Assembly (NCBI GenBank): GCA_016719635.1 | Contig: JADJYT010000003.1 | Span: 223,425 to 287,424 of the forward strand | Source of the DNA: Sphingobacteriales bacterium | GTDB lineage: Bacteria > Bacteroidota > Bacteroidia > Chitinophagales > JADIYW01 | Direction: 5' to 3' | Length of the DNA: 64,000 nucleotides | Position numbers and translations under genes: made by a program | In this document: piece by piece, positions 38,727 through 49,200 of the stretch | Numbering within the stretch: position 1 is the first letter of the stretch | How the letters are laid out: every line of letters starts with the position of its first letter | The notes under the pieces: model-generated | What the model saw: only the letters and a program-made list of their open reading frames with translations | What the model was told of the DNA's origin: nothing | Databases searched by the model: none

Positions 38727-38841
38727 GTATTAAGTTTCAAAATAGCCAGATGATTTTTATCACGAAACGGTTAATGTTAATATCCTATTATGGAAATTAT
38801 CCACCTTTTGTCTCTCAATAGTAAAATGAATTGTAAACGAT

Positions 38842-38849
38842 TAAATTTG
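38842..38849 (+). promoter_or_regulatory. candidate -7 box (TAAATTTG) upstream of the helicase gene
   Basis: Exact TAnnTTTG match only 5 nt before the ATG, which would imply a leaderless or near-leaderless mRNA. No -33 element at canonical spacing. Confidence 0.25.
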
Positions 38850-38854
38850 TCCTT

Positions 38855-41032
38855 ATGTACGAGAATGAAATTACGGATGCCGCGCAACGGCTTGCTTATG
38901 AATATGTCTTAAAAACCTTTGTGAATGTGTTTGTTACGGGAAAGGCGGGAACCGGAAAAACCACTTTTTTAAAATCCATACAACATAATGCGGTTAAAAA
39001 CACCGTTGTCGCAGCCCCGACAGGCGTGGCTGCCATTAATGCAGGCGGAATGACACTGCACTCCCTGTTTCAGTTGCCTTTCGGGCCATTTCTGCCCACC
39101 AAACAACGGGTCTCCTCCAATTCCACCAACCTGCATTCTCTTTTTGAAAACCTTAAACTCAGCAAAGCTAAAATCCAGTTGCTTAAAGAGCTGGAACTGC
39201 TGATAATTGATGAAGTCAGTATGCTGCGCTGCGATACGCTGGATTGTATCGACACCATATTAAGAACCGTTCGCAGGAATCAGTCGGAAGCGTTCGGAGG
39301 TGTTCAGGTATTATTTATCGGCGATTTATTTCAACTTCCGCCTGTGGCTGTTGACGATGAATGGCGGCTGTTAAATGATTTTTATGAAACACCCTTTTTC
39401 TTCAGTGCACAGGTGATGAAAGAATGCCACTTCGTGCATATAGAATTTACCAAAATATACCGCCAGAGTGAAGAAAAATTCATCCGGCTACTGAATAAGG
39501 TGCGCAACAACGAGATGACAGAAGATGATTTCTATCTGTTAAATGACCGCTATCAGCCAGAGCTGCTGAATGACCTGGATGAATCCATCACCTTAACCAC
39601 CCACAACTGGAAAGCAGACAAAATCAATCAATCACAGCTTGCCAGACTGGATGGAGAGGCGGTTGGTTTCTCCGGTACTCTGGAAGGCGATTTCAACGAT
39701 AAGGCATTGCCTACAGAAATGAACCTGAATCTAAAGAGAGGTGCTCAGGTGATGTTTATCAAAAATGACAGTAGCCACGAGAAGCGATACTATAACGGAA
39801 AACTGGCTACGGTCACCAACCTTTCAGATGATGTCATTACTGTAAAATTCCTGGAGGATGACATAGAATATACGGTAGACAAGGAAACCTGGGAAAACAT
39901 CCGTTACAACTACAATCCGGCTGCTGACAAGATAGAAGAAGAAAAAATAGGCAGTTTCACACAATATCCCATCCGCCTGGCATGGGCCATCACCATACAT
40001 AAAAGCCAGGGGCTGACATTCGACAAAGCCGTGATAGACACCGGACAAGCGTTTGCTGCCGGACAGGTTTATGTGGCACTTAGCCGTTGCAGGACACTGG
40101 ACGGACTGTTTCTGATGACGCGCATTACACAGGATGCAATTATGAGTGACGAGCGAATCATCAACTTTACGGAAAATCAACTAACGGGTGAAGATGAGTT
40201 GATTCGCACGCTTCCTTTTCATAAAATGGAGTTTGCCAAAATACAGCTGATAAAAGCCTTTGACTGGACCAAAATGGTGGATCTCGTCCATGAATTTTCA
40301 GATTTTGCAGAAGAAAAACGGATTCCGGAAAAAGAGACGGTACTCATACTGATAAAAGCCATCACCCAATCCATCCGGGAGTTAAAAGAAACGGCAGCTA
40401 AGTTTTCCATTCAGCTACAGGAAATACTGAAACATATAGACCAACCGGAATACCAATTGCTTCTACAGGAGCGCACCCTGAAATCCATCCAATACTTTGG
40501 AAACCAACTGACCAGCCAAATCATCAAACCGTTAGATGGCATGATTGTTACCATGCACCATAAGAAAGGTGTTCGCGGCTTTTTGAAAAAGGCGGAGGAA
40601 CTCGAACTGGCTTTCATTTCCAAATTACAGGTAATAGAAAAGTTGCAGTTCGGCGACACAGCATTTTATGAAGGAGCATCCTTTTACAATAAGGAAAATA
40701 CGGAAATCAGGGAGCTTCTGCAAAAAAAACAGGAAAAGGGAGCTTCGCAGCGGGAAAGCCTGCGACTATATAAAGATGGTAAAACCGCAAAACAGATAGC
40801 CGAAGTACGCAACATGGCACTATCTACCATAGAGGGGCATCTGGCAGAATTCGTATCTGGCGGTGAAATTGACATTCATGATTTTTTAAAGGAAGAAGAT
40901 TTACAAGCTATAAAAGCTGAAATGAAACAAATTTCCGGATTTTCAGTTACGCCGCTAAAACAACATTTCGGCGACCGGTTTTCCTACGGACGACTGAGAA
41001 TGGCAGTGGTATGGCTGAATAAAGAGAAATAA
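38855..41032 (+). CDS. Pif1/RecD-like superfamily 1 helicase with a C-terminal helix-turn-helix region
   Basis: Walker A GKAGTGKTT, Walker B LLIIDEVSM, ITIHKSQG and GQVYVALSR motifs; C-terminal ...GKTAKQIAEVRNMALSTIEGHL... HTH. Confidence 0.85.
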   Translation: MYENEITDAAQRLAYEYVLKTFVNVFVTGKAGTGKTTFLKSIQHNAVKNTVVAAPTGVAAINAGGMTLHSLFQLPFGPFLPTKQRVSSNSTNLHSLFENLKLSKAKIQLLKELELLIIDEVSMLRCDTLDCIDTILRTVRRNQSEAFGGVQVLFIGDLFQLPPVAVDDEWRLLNDFYETPFFFSAQVMKECHFVHIEFTKIYRQSEEKFIRLLNKVRNNEMTEDDFYLLNDRYQPELLNDLDESITLTTHNWKADKINQSQLARLDGEAVGFSGTLEGDFNDKALPTEMNLNLKRGAQVMFIKNDSSHEKRYYNGKLATVTNLSDDVITVKFLEDDIEYTVDKETWENIRYNYNPAADKIEEEKIGSFTQYPIRLAWAITIHKSQGLTFDKAVIDTGQAFAAGQVYVALSRCRTLDGLFLMTRITQDAIMSDERIINFTENQLTGEDELIRTLPFHKMEFAKIQLIKAFDWTKMVDLVHEFSDFAEEKRIPEKETVLILIKAITQSIRELKETAAKFSIQLQEILKHIDQPEYQLLLQERTLKSIQYFGNQLTSQIIKPLDGMIVTMHHKKGVRGFLKKAEELELAFISKLQVIEKLQFGDTAFYEGASFYNKENTEIRELLQKKQEKGASQRESLRLYKDGKTAKQIAEVRNMALSTIEGHLAEFVSGGEIDIHDFLKEEDLQAIKAEMKQISGFSVTPLKQHFGDRFSYGRLRMAVVWLNKEK

Positions 41033-41057
41033 AAAAAGTCCTCGAAATTTCGAGGAC
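41031..41057. terminator. palindromic hairpin shared by the convergent helicase gene and tRNA-Asp
   Basis: aaaaaaa-gtcctcgaaatttcgaggac. Read on the minus strand, the perfect 20-nt palindrome is followed by T7, giving an intrinsic terminator for the tRNA. Confidence 0.7.
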
Positions 41058-41061
41058 TTAG

Positions 41062-41135
41062 CGGTCCGGACGGGACTCGAACCCGCGACCCCGTGCGTGA
41101 CAGGCACGTATTCTAACCAACTGAACTACCGAACC
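41062..41135 (-). tRNA. tRNA-Asp (anticodon GTC)
   Basis: The reverse complement GGTTCGGTAGTTCAGTTGGTTAGAATACGTGCCTGTCACGCACGGGGTCGCGGGTTCGAGTCCCGTCCGGACCG folds as a cloverleaf. It has a 7-bp acceptor stem, anticodon loop CTGTCAC, a GGTTCGAGTCC T-arm and discriminator G. CCA is not encoded. Confidence 0.92.
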
Positions 41136-41152
41136 TGCTTTAAAAGCGAGTG

Positions 41153-41160
41153 CAAATATA
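41153..41160 (-). promoter_or_regulatory. candidate -7 box (TATATTTG) for tRNA-Asp
   Basis: Exact TAnnTTTG match on the minus strand, 17 nt upstream of the mature tRNA 5' end. Confidence 0.35.
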
Positions 41161-41211
41161 CAAACTTTTTCATTTTTTGCTCCTTCTTTCCTAAGTTTTT
41201 TCCAACAAGTA

Positions 41212-41781
41212 ATGAATTTGAAAGTATTCGTTTATCAAATCATAAAATACTACCTTTGTTTTATGTCATTCTTTTCTGAGATAATACGCTTCTTTTTTTA
41301 TTTTTTTCTGAAGTTTAAAAGACCTGCAGTTAGAGAACATCAGCCGGTTTCTTTGTTGAACGCTCAAAAAATCGGCATTCTATTTTATGCAGACAATATA
41401 CGTATCAACGATATCATTTTAGCATTCAGTCAAAAATTAAAGAATGCCGGCAAAGAAGTAGAAGTGCTTGGCTACATACCAAAAAGCGAATTGGGATTTG
41501 TATTCCCTTTTCCATTTATCACCAATAAAGATGTAAGCTGGTACGGAAAACCCTGTGGCAGCATTTCTGAATCTTTTATACATTCCATATTTGATTTAGT
41601 TATCAATTTCCACACGGAAGAATGTTTGCCGTTCGAATATATTTGCGCCGTTTCATCTGCAAAATTCCGCATTGGGTTCCGGTCAGATGCAGACATTGCT
41701 AACTATGATTTAATATTAATTTCTAAAGAAAATAAGGAAATTTCTAACTTAATTCAGAACTTAGAGCATTACTTAAAATAG
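41212..41781 (+). CDS. hypothetical protein upstream of dapA
   Basis: Open frame with coding-like composition. The start is uncertain (ATG at 41212 or 41263). No family recognised. Confidence 0.45.
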   Translation: MNLKVFVYQIIKYYLCFMSFFSEIIRFFFYFFLKFKRPAVREHQPVSLLNAQKIGILFYADNIRINDIILAFSQKLKNAGKEVEVLGYIPKSELGFVFPFPFITNKDVSWYGKPCGSISESFIHSIFDLVINFHTEECLPFEYICAVSSAKFRIGFRSDADIANYDLILISKENKEISNLIQNLEHYLK

Positions 41782-41796
41782 ATTTTCACACAGAAT

Positions 41797-42690
41797 ATGA
41801 GTACATTGAATTTTAAGGGTGTTGGTGTGGCATTGGTAACACCATTTAATGAGCAGAAAGAAGTCAATTTTGCGGAGTTTGAGAAAGTCGTCAACTATGT
41901 TATTGATGGCGGAGTGGATTATGTCGTCGTACTGGGCACAACGGGAGAATCGGTTACCCTCAGTAAAAACGAAAAACAAGACCTCATAAAGGCATGCGTG
42001 GATGTAACGAATAAACGTGTTCCGGTCGTTGCAGGTTTTGGCGGAAACGATACAAAGAATATCATTGATGACATAAATAAATATGACCTGACCGGTGTTA
42101 ATGCTGTTTTATCGGTAAGTCCATATTATAACAAACCGACACAGGAAGGCATTTTCGAGCATTACAAGGCTATAGCCAATAATACGAACTTACCAATTAT
42201 ACTCTATAATGTACCGGGAAGAACAGCTTCTAATATCCGGGCAAGTACAACCCTGCAACTCGCTCATGAATTCAAAAATATCATTGGCATTAAGGAAGCG
42301 AGCAACGACTGGATGCAGCTGTTCTGGCTGGCAAGGGAAAAACCTGTTGATTTTCTGCTTATCAGCGGTAACGACGATCTGATAGTTCCCCAAATATCGA
42401 TAGGCTATGACGGAGTCATTTCAGTGATTGCCAATGCCACTCCTAAACATTTCTCTGACATGGTGCATCAGGCGTTAAATGGGGATTATGCTTCCGCACG
42501 CAAGACTGTCTATGCATTGGACGAGCTGATTACCTATTTGTTTGAACAGGGCAATCCTGCAGGTGTGAAGGCAGCTTTGAAACACCTGGGTGTTTGTGAC
42601 GATTTTGTTCGCCTACCGCTGATGCCGGTCAACATTGAACTGCGTCAAAAAATTGGCAAAAAACTGGACGGTCTGTTTGCGGCTGTATAA
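41797..42690 (+). CDS. dapA: 4-hydroxy-tetrahydrodipicolinate synthase
   Basis: GTTGES motif, YNVPGRT and the active-site region IIGIKEAS (Schiff-base Lys). Confidence 0.92.
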   Translation: MSTLNFKGVGVALVTPFNEQKEVNFAEFEKVVNYVIDGGVDYVVVLGTTGESVTLSKNEKQDLIKACVDVTNKRVPVVAGFGGNDTKNIIDDINKYDLTGVNAVLSVSPYYNKPTQEGIFEHYKAIANNTNLPIILYNVPGRTASNIRASTTLQLAHEFKNIIGIKEASNDWMQLFWLAREKPVDFLLISGNDDLIVPQISIGYDGVISVIANATPKHFSDMVHQALNGDYASARKTVYALDELITYLFEQGNPAGVKAALKHLGVCDDFVRLPLMPVNIELRQKIGKKLDGLFAAV

Positions 42691-42720
42691 CTATCTTGAT
42701 TAATCTGTTCAATCTCTTTA

Positions 42721-44196
42721 TCAATTGGGCACCACTTCTATAATTACCTTATCGGAGATGAAAGGATTCCATCCTACAGCAACCCTCCCGTATTCATCTT
42801 TTTCATATTTCACTTTAACTCCGTTCAATCTTATTTCAAAGCCATTTGAATACCGGTTATCCGGAATATATATTACAGGGCCGGAAGAAGAATGATTGCT
42901 CTCAAAGGTAAATCTTAAGCTATTGGCTGTCAAATCAAACCGATGATCTATCAGTATTCCCGGTATAGCCATGGCATACGGAACAGCAAATAAGTTTTTA
43001 GCTTCTGTCCGCTCCGCCCATTGTTTATTACCGCTGATATGTTCATAGAACCCCCAGTTACCATCCTTACCGGAAGTACCCGGCAGCGGCTCTTTCCAGA
43101 GCCAGAATGCATGGTGAATATTTCTGTCTTCGGCCATTTCTTTGAAAGCTACAACATAGGCGGCACCGGCTTCTCTGGACGGATTCATACCCCACTCATT
43201 CATACAAACCGGCGCATTCCAGCTTTGTCCCTCCAGCACTATCCTGTCCATAGCTTTTTTCATTACCTGCTTCCAAACATCTACTTTTGCATAACTGGCT
43301 CCTTGTGTCAGATTGGGATAATAATGCGGACAATAGACAACCTTATTATCTATAAATGGAGTAGTAAGCAATGGAGAGACCTCCGTAAAATTACGGATAG
43401 CATCAGGTTCTAACCATAATGAATGCCTTGTATCTATACTTCGCATTGAACGGGAACATCTTTCATAAAACCTCATTAAGACAGCATCACTCAGGCCGGC
43501 TGCCGAACAGATAGGCTCATTCGCCGGTTCAAATCCGATAACGGCATTCTCCTCTTTAAACTCCCGTATAATATCTTTCCACACATCGAGAAACTCATCC
43601 TGATACCCGTCATAGTTGATAAAGAAATTATGAAAGGCTAAAAAGACAAACGGATTTGCCCTAAAGGCAAAGAGGTCATCAAAATCAATGATACCCTCTG
43701 CTTTTGGGAAAGCCGCGGGAAATATTGCCCAATAAGGCGCTCCGTCCTCTCCCATTTCCTTGCTGTAGGCATCGCTGTGCCAGTCAATCTGGACATAGAT
43801 TCCGGCATCCTTACACCAGCCAACCACTTCCTTTATTCTGTCTATATAAGCGTGGTTAATTTCATTGCGTTCCGGTTCGTAAGCGCTCCAGTTTATTGGC
43901 AGCCGAAGCAGATTAAATCCCATGGCTGCCATCCCTTTTATATCCTCTTCTGTCGTTTCCGGAATAATTTCATTAGCGGTTCTTCCGTCAGCATGAACCA
44001 CATCAAACAATCCGTCCAGACGGGCATTGATTCCACGCAACTGTATGGTTCTTCCCTGTTCATCATAAAACTGCCGGTCACGTACATCTATCCAGTTAAT
44101 ATTCCAATTATTTTGCACTGTAAAATCATCCGCAGTATTCTTAGTGCAGGAAATCAACATTGCGGAGCACAACATTGCAGTTATCTTCCATTTCAT
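42721..44196 (-). CDS. glycoside hydrolase family 5 lipoprotein (endoglycoceramidase-like subgroup)
   Basis: Lipobox MLISC, acid/base motif GFEPANEP and nucleophile region MNEWG, followed by a C-terminal beta-sandwich. Confidence 0.75.
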   Translation of the reverse strand: MKWKITAMLCSAMLISCTKNTADDFTVQNNWNINWIDVRDRQFYDEQGRTIQLRGINARLDGLFDVVHADGRTANEIIPETTEEDIKGMAAMGFNLLRLPINWSAYEPERNEINHAYIDRIKEVVGWCKDAGIYVQIDWHSDAYSKEMGEDGAPYWAIFPAAFPKAEGIIDFDDLFAFRANPFVFLAFHNFFINYDGYQDEFLDVWKDIIREFKEENAVIGFEPANEPICSAAGLSDAVLMRFYERCSRSMRSIDTRHSLWLEPDAIRNFTEVSPLLTTPFIDNKVVYCPHYYPNLTQGASYAKVDVWKQVMKKAMDRIVLEGQSWNAPVCMNEWGMNPSREAGAAYVVAFKEMAEDRNIHHAFWLWKEPLPGTSGKDGNWGFYEHISGNKQWAERTEAKNLFAVPYAMAIPGILIDHRFDLTANSLRFTFESNHSSSGPVIYIPDNRYSNGFEIRLNGVKVKYEKDEYGRVAVGWNPFISDKVIIEVVPN

Positions 44197-44227
44197 ACCG
44201 TAAATCTAAAAGATTTTAAATAAAAAA

Positions 44228-44256
44228 TACCCCCGCAAATTGCGGGGGTATTTTTT
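44228..44256. terminator. bidirectional rho-independent terminator
   Basis: aaaaaa-tacccccgc-aaat-tgcgggggta-tttttt, located between the adhesin gene end and the GH5 start region. Confidence 0.75.
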
Positions 44257-44275
44257 ATGAATGTGCAACTGATTA

Positions 44276-46267
44276 TTACTTGGAAAGAATAACAGGTTTC
44301 ACATAGTACTTACCTTCTGATGTTTCCAGTCTGTAGAAGTACATACCGGCTGCATGACCGGCTCCGTTGAACTGATAGATATAATCTAATCCACCTTCAA
44401 CTGTGCCGCTATACAGCAATTCCACTTCCTGGCCAACCGCATTGTACACGGCTAATCGTACTCTGGCATCTACCGGCAATCTCAGCTTGATATTCGTAAT
44501 ATCAAAGAATGGATTCGGCATTGCCGTCATCTCTACTTCAGCATGTTCGTGCAGTTCTTCTGCTATATCTGCTTCTATCTCACGGTTGTTGGCACATGGA
44601 CCTACACTCCACTCACCGCCTTTGGAGTTCAGTTTCTTCTGAACATCCTTGTCTTTCACACAATGCGTATGAGCTGCCTTGTTCTTAGGTTTGTGACACA
44701 TCAGTGTTTTACCGTTTGCACAAGAACTGATACCACACAGCACATTACTGTTGTCTACCTGAGAGTACATGTACAACTCACGATAGAAACTGCCAACGAT
44801 ATCTGCATTACAAGTGGTTGGGATTACTATGATGGAATCCGGATTCTGTGCAATTTGAGCATAGGTGATACTGTTGAATATCCCTCCAGGCAATGAGGTT
44901 GCAGAGACCGTAAAGATATCTCCGGGATTTACATTGGAGAATTTCGCTAACGTATCTGTCAACAACGGATCAGAGAAAATATACATGGTTGCATTCGTCG
45001 AAACGGATGAGCTATCCCATATAGAGTACTCAAAGGTGATTTTTTTCAATCCGCCAACACATGCACATACCGGTGCAGGAGCTGGAGTACAGTTCGGATC
45101 ACAATTGGTTTCCCAATCCCATATCGTATAATCATCTCCCTGAACTTTTCTGCCAATAAACTGTCCGGTCAGACGGATAGGATTGGTCGCTTTACCTTTC
45201 AATGACCTAATCTCTCCGCGTTGTGCGAATACGTTACCAAAGAATACGGAACCTTCACCCCACTCTACTACTTTCTTGTCATCTTTCTTATCCTCATCAC
45301 CTACATATATCGTCACCTTGTTGCGTTCCAGGTTGAACTTCGTATTCTTCTCAAAATCCACTTTTTTGTTCACCGATATTTTCGCACATCCGCTGAACTT
45401 AACAGTAGCCCCATCTTTTACTTTTAATTCATCCATATAGATGATAGGACGTGTGAACGTAACTACGGCATTCGCTCCTATCTGGATATTTTTATAGATG
45501 GAATCTGACAAGGTAACTGTAGCTCCACTGGCAACATTCACATTTGTAACACCTGCATACGGATTACCAAAATATGACGGAATGGTGAAGTTGGCAACTC
45601 CGGTATATTGGTTAGTTACCACCGAGCCTGTTTTGATGTCTAACACCGGTGCTTTCACAAATGTGGTAGCTCCCGTTATCATCGTATTCTCATGTATTTT
45701 AGCTTGCTCACCGGCTGTTGTCACACCAACACCGCCGTTCAATACGGTGTTGTAACCATGTAAGTGCACTTCTTCGAACCCAATTATGGTATAAGCTGCA
45801 TTAAAGCCAACCGGGTTATAATTTACATAAGTACTAGCACTTGCAGTACATCCGTTGCCATTTGTTACATTCAGATTATATGTACCTGTTGCATATACAT
45901 TGATGCTCTGTGTAGTCTGGCCGGTCTCCCATGCATACGTTACCGGCTCACTCGGTGTAGCAGTAAGTATCACCTGATTACCCTGGCAGAACTGAGGCAT
46001 TGTACTTTGGCTGATGACCGCAGAAGGAATTGTACCTACTACCGTCACCGCTGCAGCACAAGTGCTGCTGTTACCGTTATTATCCGTTACTGTCAATACA
46101 ACCGGATTTGCACCGATATTACTACAATTGAATGATGTCGTTGTAACAGCTAAATTAGCTATACCACAGGCGTCTGTACTACCATTATTTACATCGCCAG
46201 CGACAATAGAAGCAGTTCCACCGGAAAGTGTAACTGAAACATTCTGACACAATGCGATTGGTGCCAC
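44276..46267 (-). CDS. adhesin fragment 3: last four-Cys repeat, Ig-like and beta-helix-like regions, T9SS CTD
   Basis: Begins (V)APIALCQNVSVTLSGG..., continuing the array, and ends with a Por_Secre_tail domain. Confidence 0.8.
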   Translation of the reverse strand: MAPIALCQNVSVTLSGGTASIVAGDVNNGSTDACGIANLAVTTTSFNCSNIGANPVVLTVTDNNGNSSTCAAAVTVVGTIPSAVISQSTMPQFCQGNQVILTATPSEPVTYAWETGQTTQSINVYATGTYNLNVTNGNGCTASASTYVNYNPVGFNAAYTIIGFEEVHLHGYNTVLNGGVGVTTAGEQAKIHENTMITGATTFVKAPVLDIKTGSVVTNQYTGVANFTIPSYFGNPYAGVTNVNVASGATVTLSDSIYKNIQIGANAVVTFTRPIIYMDELKVKDGATVKFSGCAKISVNKKVDFEKNTKFNLERNKVTIYVGDEDKKDDKKVVEWGEGSVFFGNVFAQRGEIRSLKGKATNPIRLTGQFIGRKVQGDDYTIWDWETNCDPNCTPAPAPVCACVGGLKKITFEYSIWDSSSVSTNATMYIFSDPLLTDTLAKFSNVNPGDIFTVSATSLPGGIFNSITYAQIAQNPDSIIVIPTTCNADIVGSFYRELYMYSQVDNSNVLCGISSCANGKTLMCHKPKNKAAHTHCVKDKDVQKKLNSKGGEWSVGPCANNREIEADIAEELHEHAEVEMTAMPNPFFDITNIKLRLPVDARVRLAVYNAVGQEVELLYSGTVEGGLDYIYQFNGAGHAAGMYFYRLETSEGKYYVKPVILSK
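44279..44533 (-). other. T9SS C-terminal sorting domain of the giant adhesin
   Basis: ...AMPNPFFDITNIKLRLPVDARVRLAVYNAVGQEVELLYSG...AGMYFYRLETSEGKYYVKPVILSK*. Confidence 0.85.
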
Positions 46268-49200
46268 ATTATCCTCTACCGTTACCGTTGCGCCGCAGTG
46301 CTTGTATTGCCGTTAACATCCGTTACCGTCAACACCACTGCATTCGCGCCTACGTTGCCGCAGTTGAAGGTCGTTTTGCTCAAGGCTAGGCTGATGCCGC
46401 ACGCATCCGATGAACCATTGTCCACCGCTGCCGCCGTCGTACGCCGTTGCCTGTATTGTCCAGTTGTACCGTTACGTTCTGACACAATGCGATTGGTGCC
46501 ACATTATCCTCTACCGTTACCGTTGCGCCGCAAGTGCTGCTGTTGCCGTTAACATCCGTTACCGTCAACACCACCGCATTCGCCCTACGTTGCCGCAGTT
46601 GAAGGTCGTTTTACTCAAGGCTAGGCTGATGCCGCATGCATCCGATGAACCATTGTCCACCGCTGCCGCCGTCGTACTGCCGTTGCCGGTATTGTCCAGT
46701 TGTACCGTTACGTTCTGACACAATGCGATTGGTGCCACATTATCCTCTACCGTTACCGTTGCGCCGCAGGTGCTGCTGTTGCCGTTAACATCCGTTACCG
46801 TCAACACCACTGCATTCGCCCCTACGTTGCCGCAGTTGAAAGCTGTTTTACTCAAGGCAAGGCTGATGCCGCACGCATCCGATGAACCATTGTCCACCGC
46901 TGCTGCCGTCGTACTGCCGTTTCCTGTGTTATCCAGTTGTACCGTTACATTCTGACACAATGCGATTGGTGCCACATTATCCTCTACCGTTACCGTTGCG
47001 CCGCAAGTGCTTGTATTGCCGTTAACATCCGTTACCGTCAACACCACTGCATTCGCCCCTACGTTGCCGCAGTTGAAGGCTGTTTTGCTCAAGGCCAGGC
47101 TGATGCCGCACGCATCCGATGAACCATTGTCCACCGCTGCCGCCGTCGTACTGCCGTTGCCTGTGTTATCCAGTTGTACCGTTACGTTCTGACACAATGC
47201 GATTGGTGCCACATTATCCTCTACCGTTACCGTTGCGCCGCAAGTGCTTGTATTGCCGTTAACATCCGTTACCGTCAACACCACTGCATTCGCGCCTACG
47301 TTGCCGCAGTTGAAAGCCGTTTTACTCAAGGCTAGGCTGATGCCGCACGCATCCGATGAACCATTGTCCACCGCTGCTGCCGTCGTACTGCCGTTGCCTG
47401 TGTTATCCAGTTGTACCGTTACGTTCTGACACAATGCGATTGGTGCCACATTATCCTCTACCGTTACCGTTGCGCCGCAGGTGCTGCTGTTGCCGTTAAC
47501 ATCCGTTACCGTCAACACCACTGCATTCGCCCCTACGTTGCCGCAGTTGAAGGTCGTTTTACTCAAGGCTAGGCTGATGCCGCACGCATCCGATGAACCA
47601 TTGTCCACCGCTGCCGCCGTCGTACTGCCGTTGCCGGTGTTATCCAGTTGTACCGTTACGTTCTGACACAATGCGATTGGTGCCACATTATCCTCTACCG
47701 TTACCGTTGCGCCGCAAGCTGCTGTTGCCGTTAACATCCGTTACCGTCAACACCACTGCATTCGCCCCTACGTTGCCGCAGTTGAAGGTCGTTTTACTCA
47801 AGGCTAGGCTGATGCCGCACGCATCCGATGAACCATTGTCCACCGCTGCCGCCGTCGTACTGCCGTTGCCTGTGTTATCCAGTTGTACCGTTACGTTCTG
47901 ACACAATGCGATTGGTGCCACATTATCCTCTACCGTTACCGTTGCGTGCAGGTGCTGCTGTTGCCGTTAACATCCGTTACCGTCAACACCACGGCATTCG
48001 CCCCTACGTTGCCGCAGTTGAAAGCTGTTTTACTCAAGGAAAGGCTGATGCCGCACGCATCCGATGAACCATTGTCCACCGCTGCTGCCGTCGTACTGCC
48101 GTTTCCTGTGTTATCCAGTTGTACCGTTACATTCTGACACAATGCGATTGGTGCCACATTATCCTCTACCGTTACCGTTGCGCCGCAAGTGCTTGTATTG
48201 CCGTTAACATCCGTTACCGTCAACACCACCGCATTCGCGCCTACGTTGCCGCAGTTGAAGGCTGTCTTGCTCAATGAAAGGCTGATGCCGCACGCATCCG
48301 ATGAACCATTGTCCACCGCTGCCGCCGTCGTACTGCCGTTGCCGGTATTATCCAGTTGTACCGTTACGTTCTGACACAATGCGATTGGTGCCACATTATC
48401 CTCTACCGTTACCGTTGCGCCGCAAGTGCTGTATTGCCGTTAACATCCGTTACCGTCAACACCACCGCATTCGCGCCTACGTTGCCGCAGTTGAAAGCTG
48501 TCTTACTCAAGGCAAGGCTGATGCCGCACGCATCCGATGAACCATTGTCCACCGCTGCTGCCGTCGTACTGCCGTTTCCTGTGTTATCCAGTTGTACCGT
48601 TACGTTCTGACACAATGCGATTGGTGCCACATTATCCTCTACCGTTACCGTTGCGCCGCAGGTGCTTGTATTACCGTTAACATCCGTTACCGTCAACACC
48701 ACTGCATTCGCCCTACGTTGCCGCAGTTGAAAGCTGTCTTGCTCAATGCCAGGCTGATGCCGCACGCATCCGATGAACCATTGTCCACCGCTGCTGCCGT
48801 CGTACTGCCGTTGCCTGTGTTATCCAGTTGTACCGTTACGTTCTGACACAATGCGATTGGTGCCACATTATCCTCTACCGTTACCGTTGCGCCGCAAGTG
48901 CTTGTATTGCCGTTAACATCCGTTACCGTCAACACCACTGCATTCGCTCCTACGTTGCCGCAGTTGAAGGTCGTTTTACTCAAGGCTAGGCTGATGCCGC
49001 ACGCATCCGATGAACCATTGTCCACCGCTGCCGCCGTCGTACTGCCGTTGCCGGTGTTATCCAGTTGTACCGTTACATTCTGACACAATGCGATTGGTGC
49101 CACATTATCCTCTACCGTTACCGTCGCACCACAGGTGCTGCTGTTGCCGTTAACATCCGTTACCGTCAGCACCACTGCATTCGCGCCTACGTTGCCGCAG

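Noticed and set aside
38507-38740. The track ORF of 77 aa taken at face value as a complete short NuoA.
   Set aside because: Its start is a TTG upstream of a good ATG. Its last ~20 residues (…GVFLYHQERGTEMGIEIK) are out of frame relative to the recognisable NuoA C-terminus encoded in the alternative frame.
41031-41260. tRNA-Asp next to a helicase gene as a possible integration site of a genomic island or prophage.
   Set aside because: There is no integrase, no phage-like genes, and I noticed no direct repeat of the tRNA 3' half elsewhere in the window. The flanking genes (nuo, dapA) are core functions.
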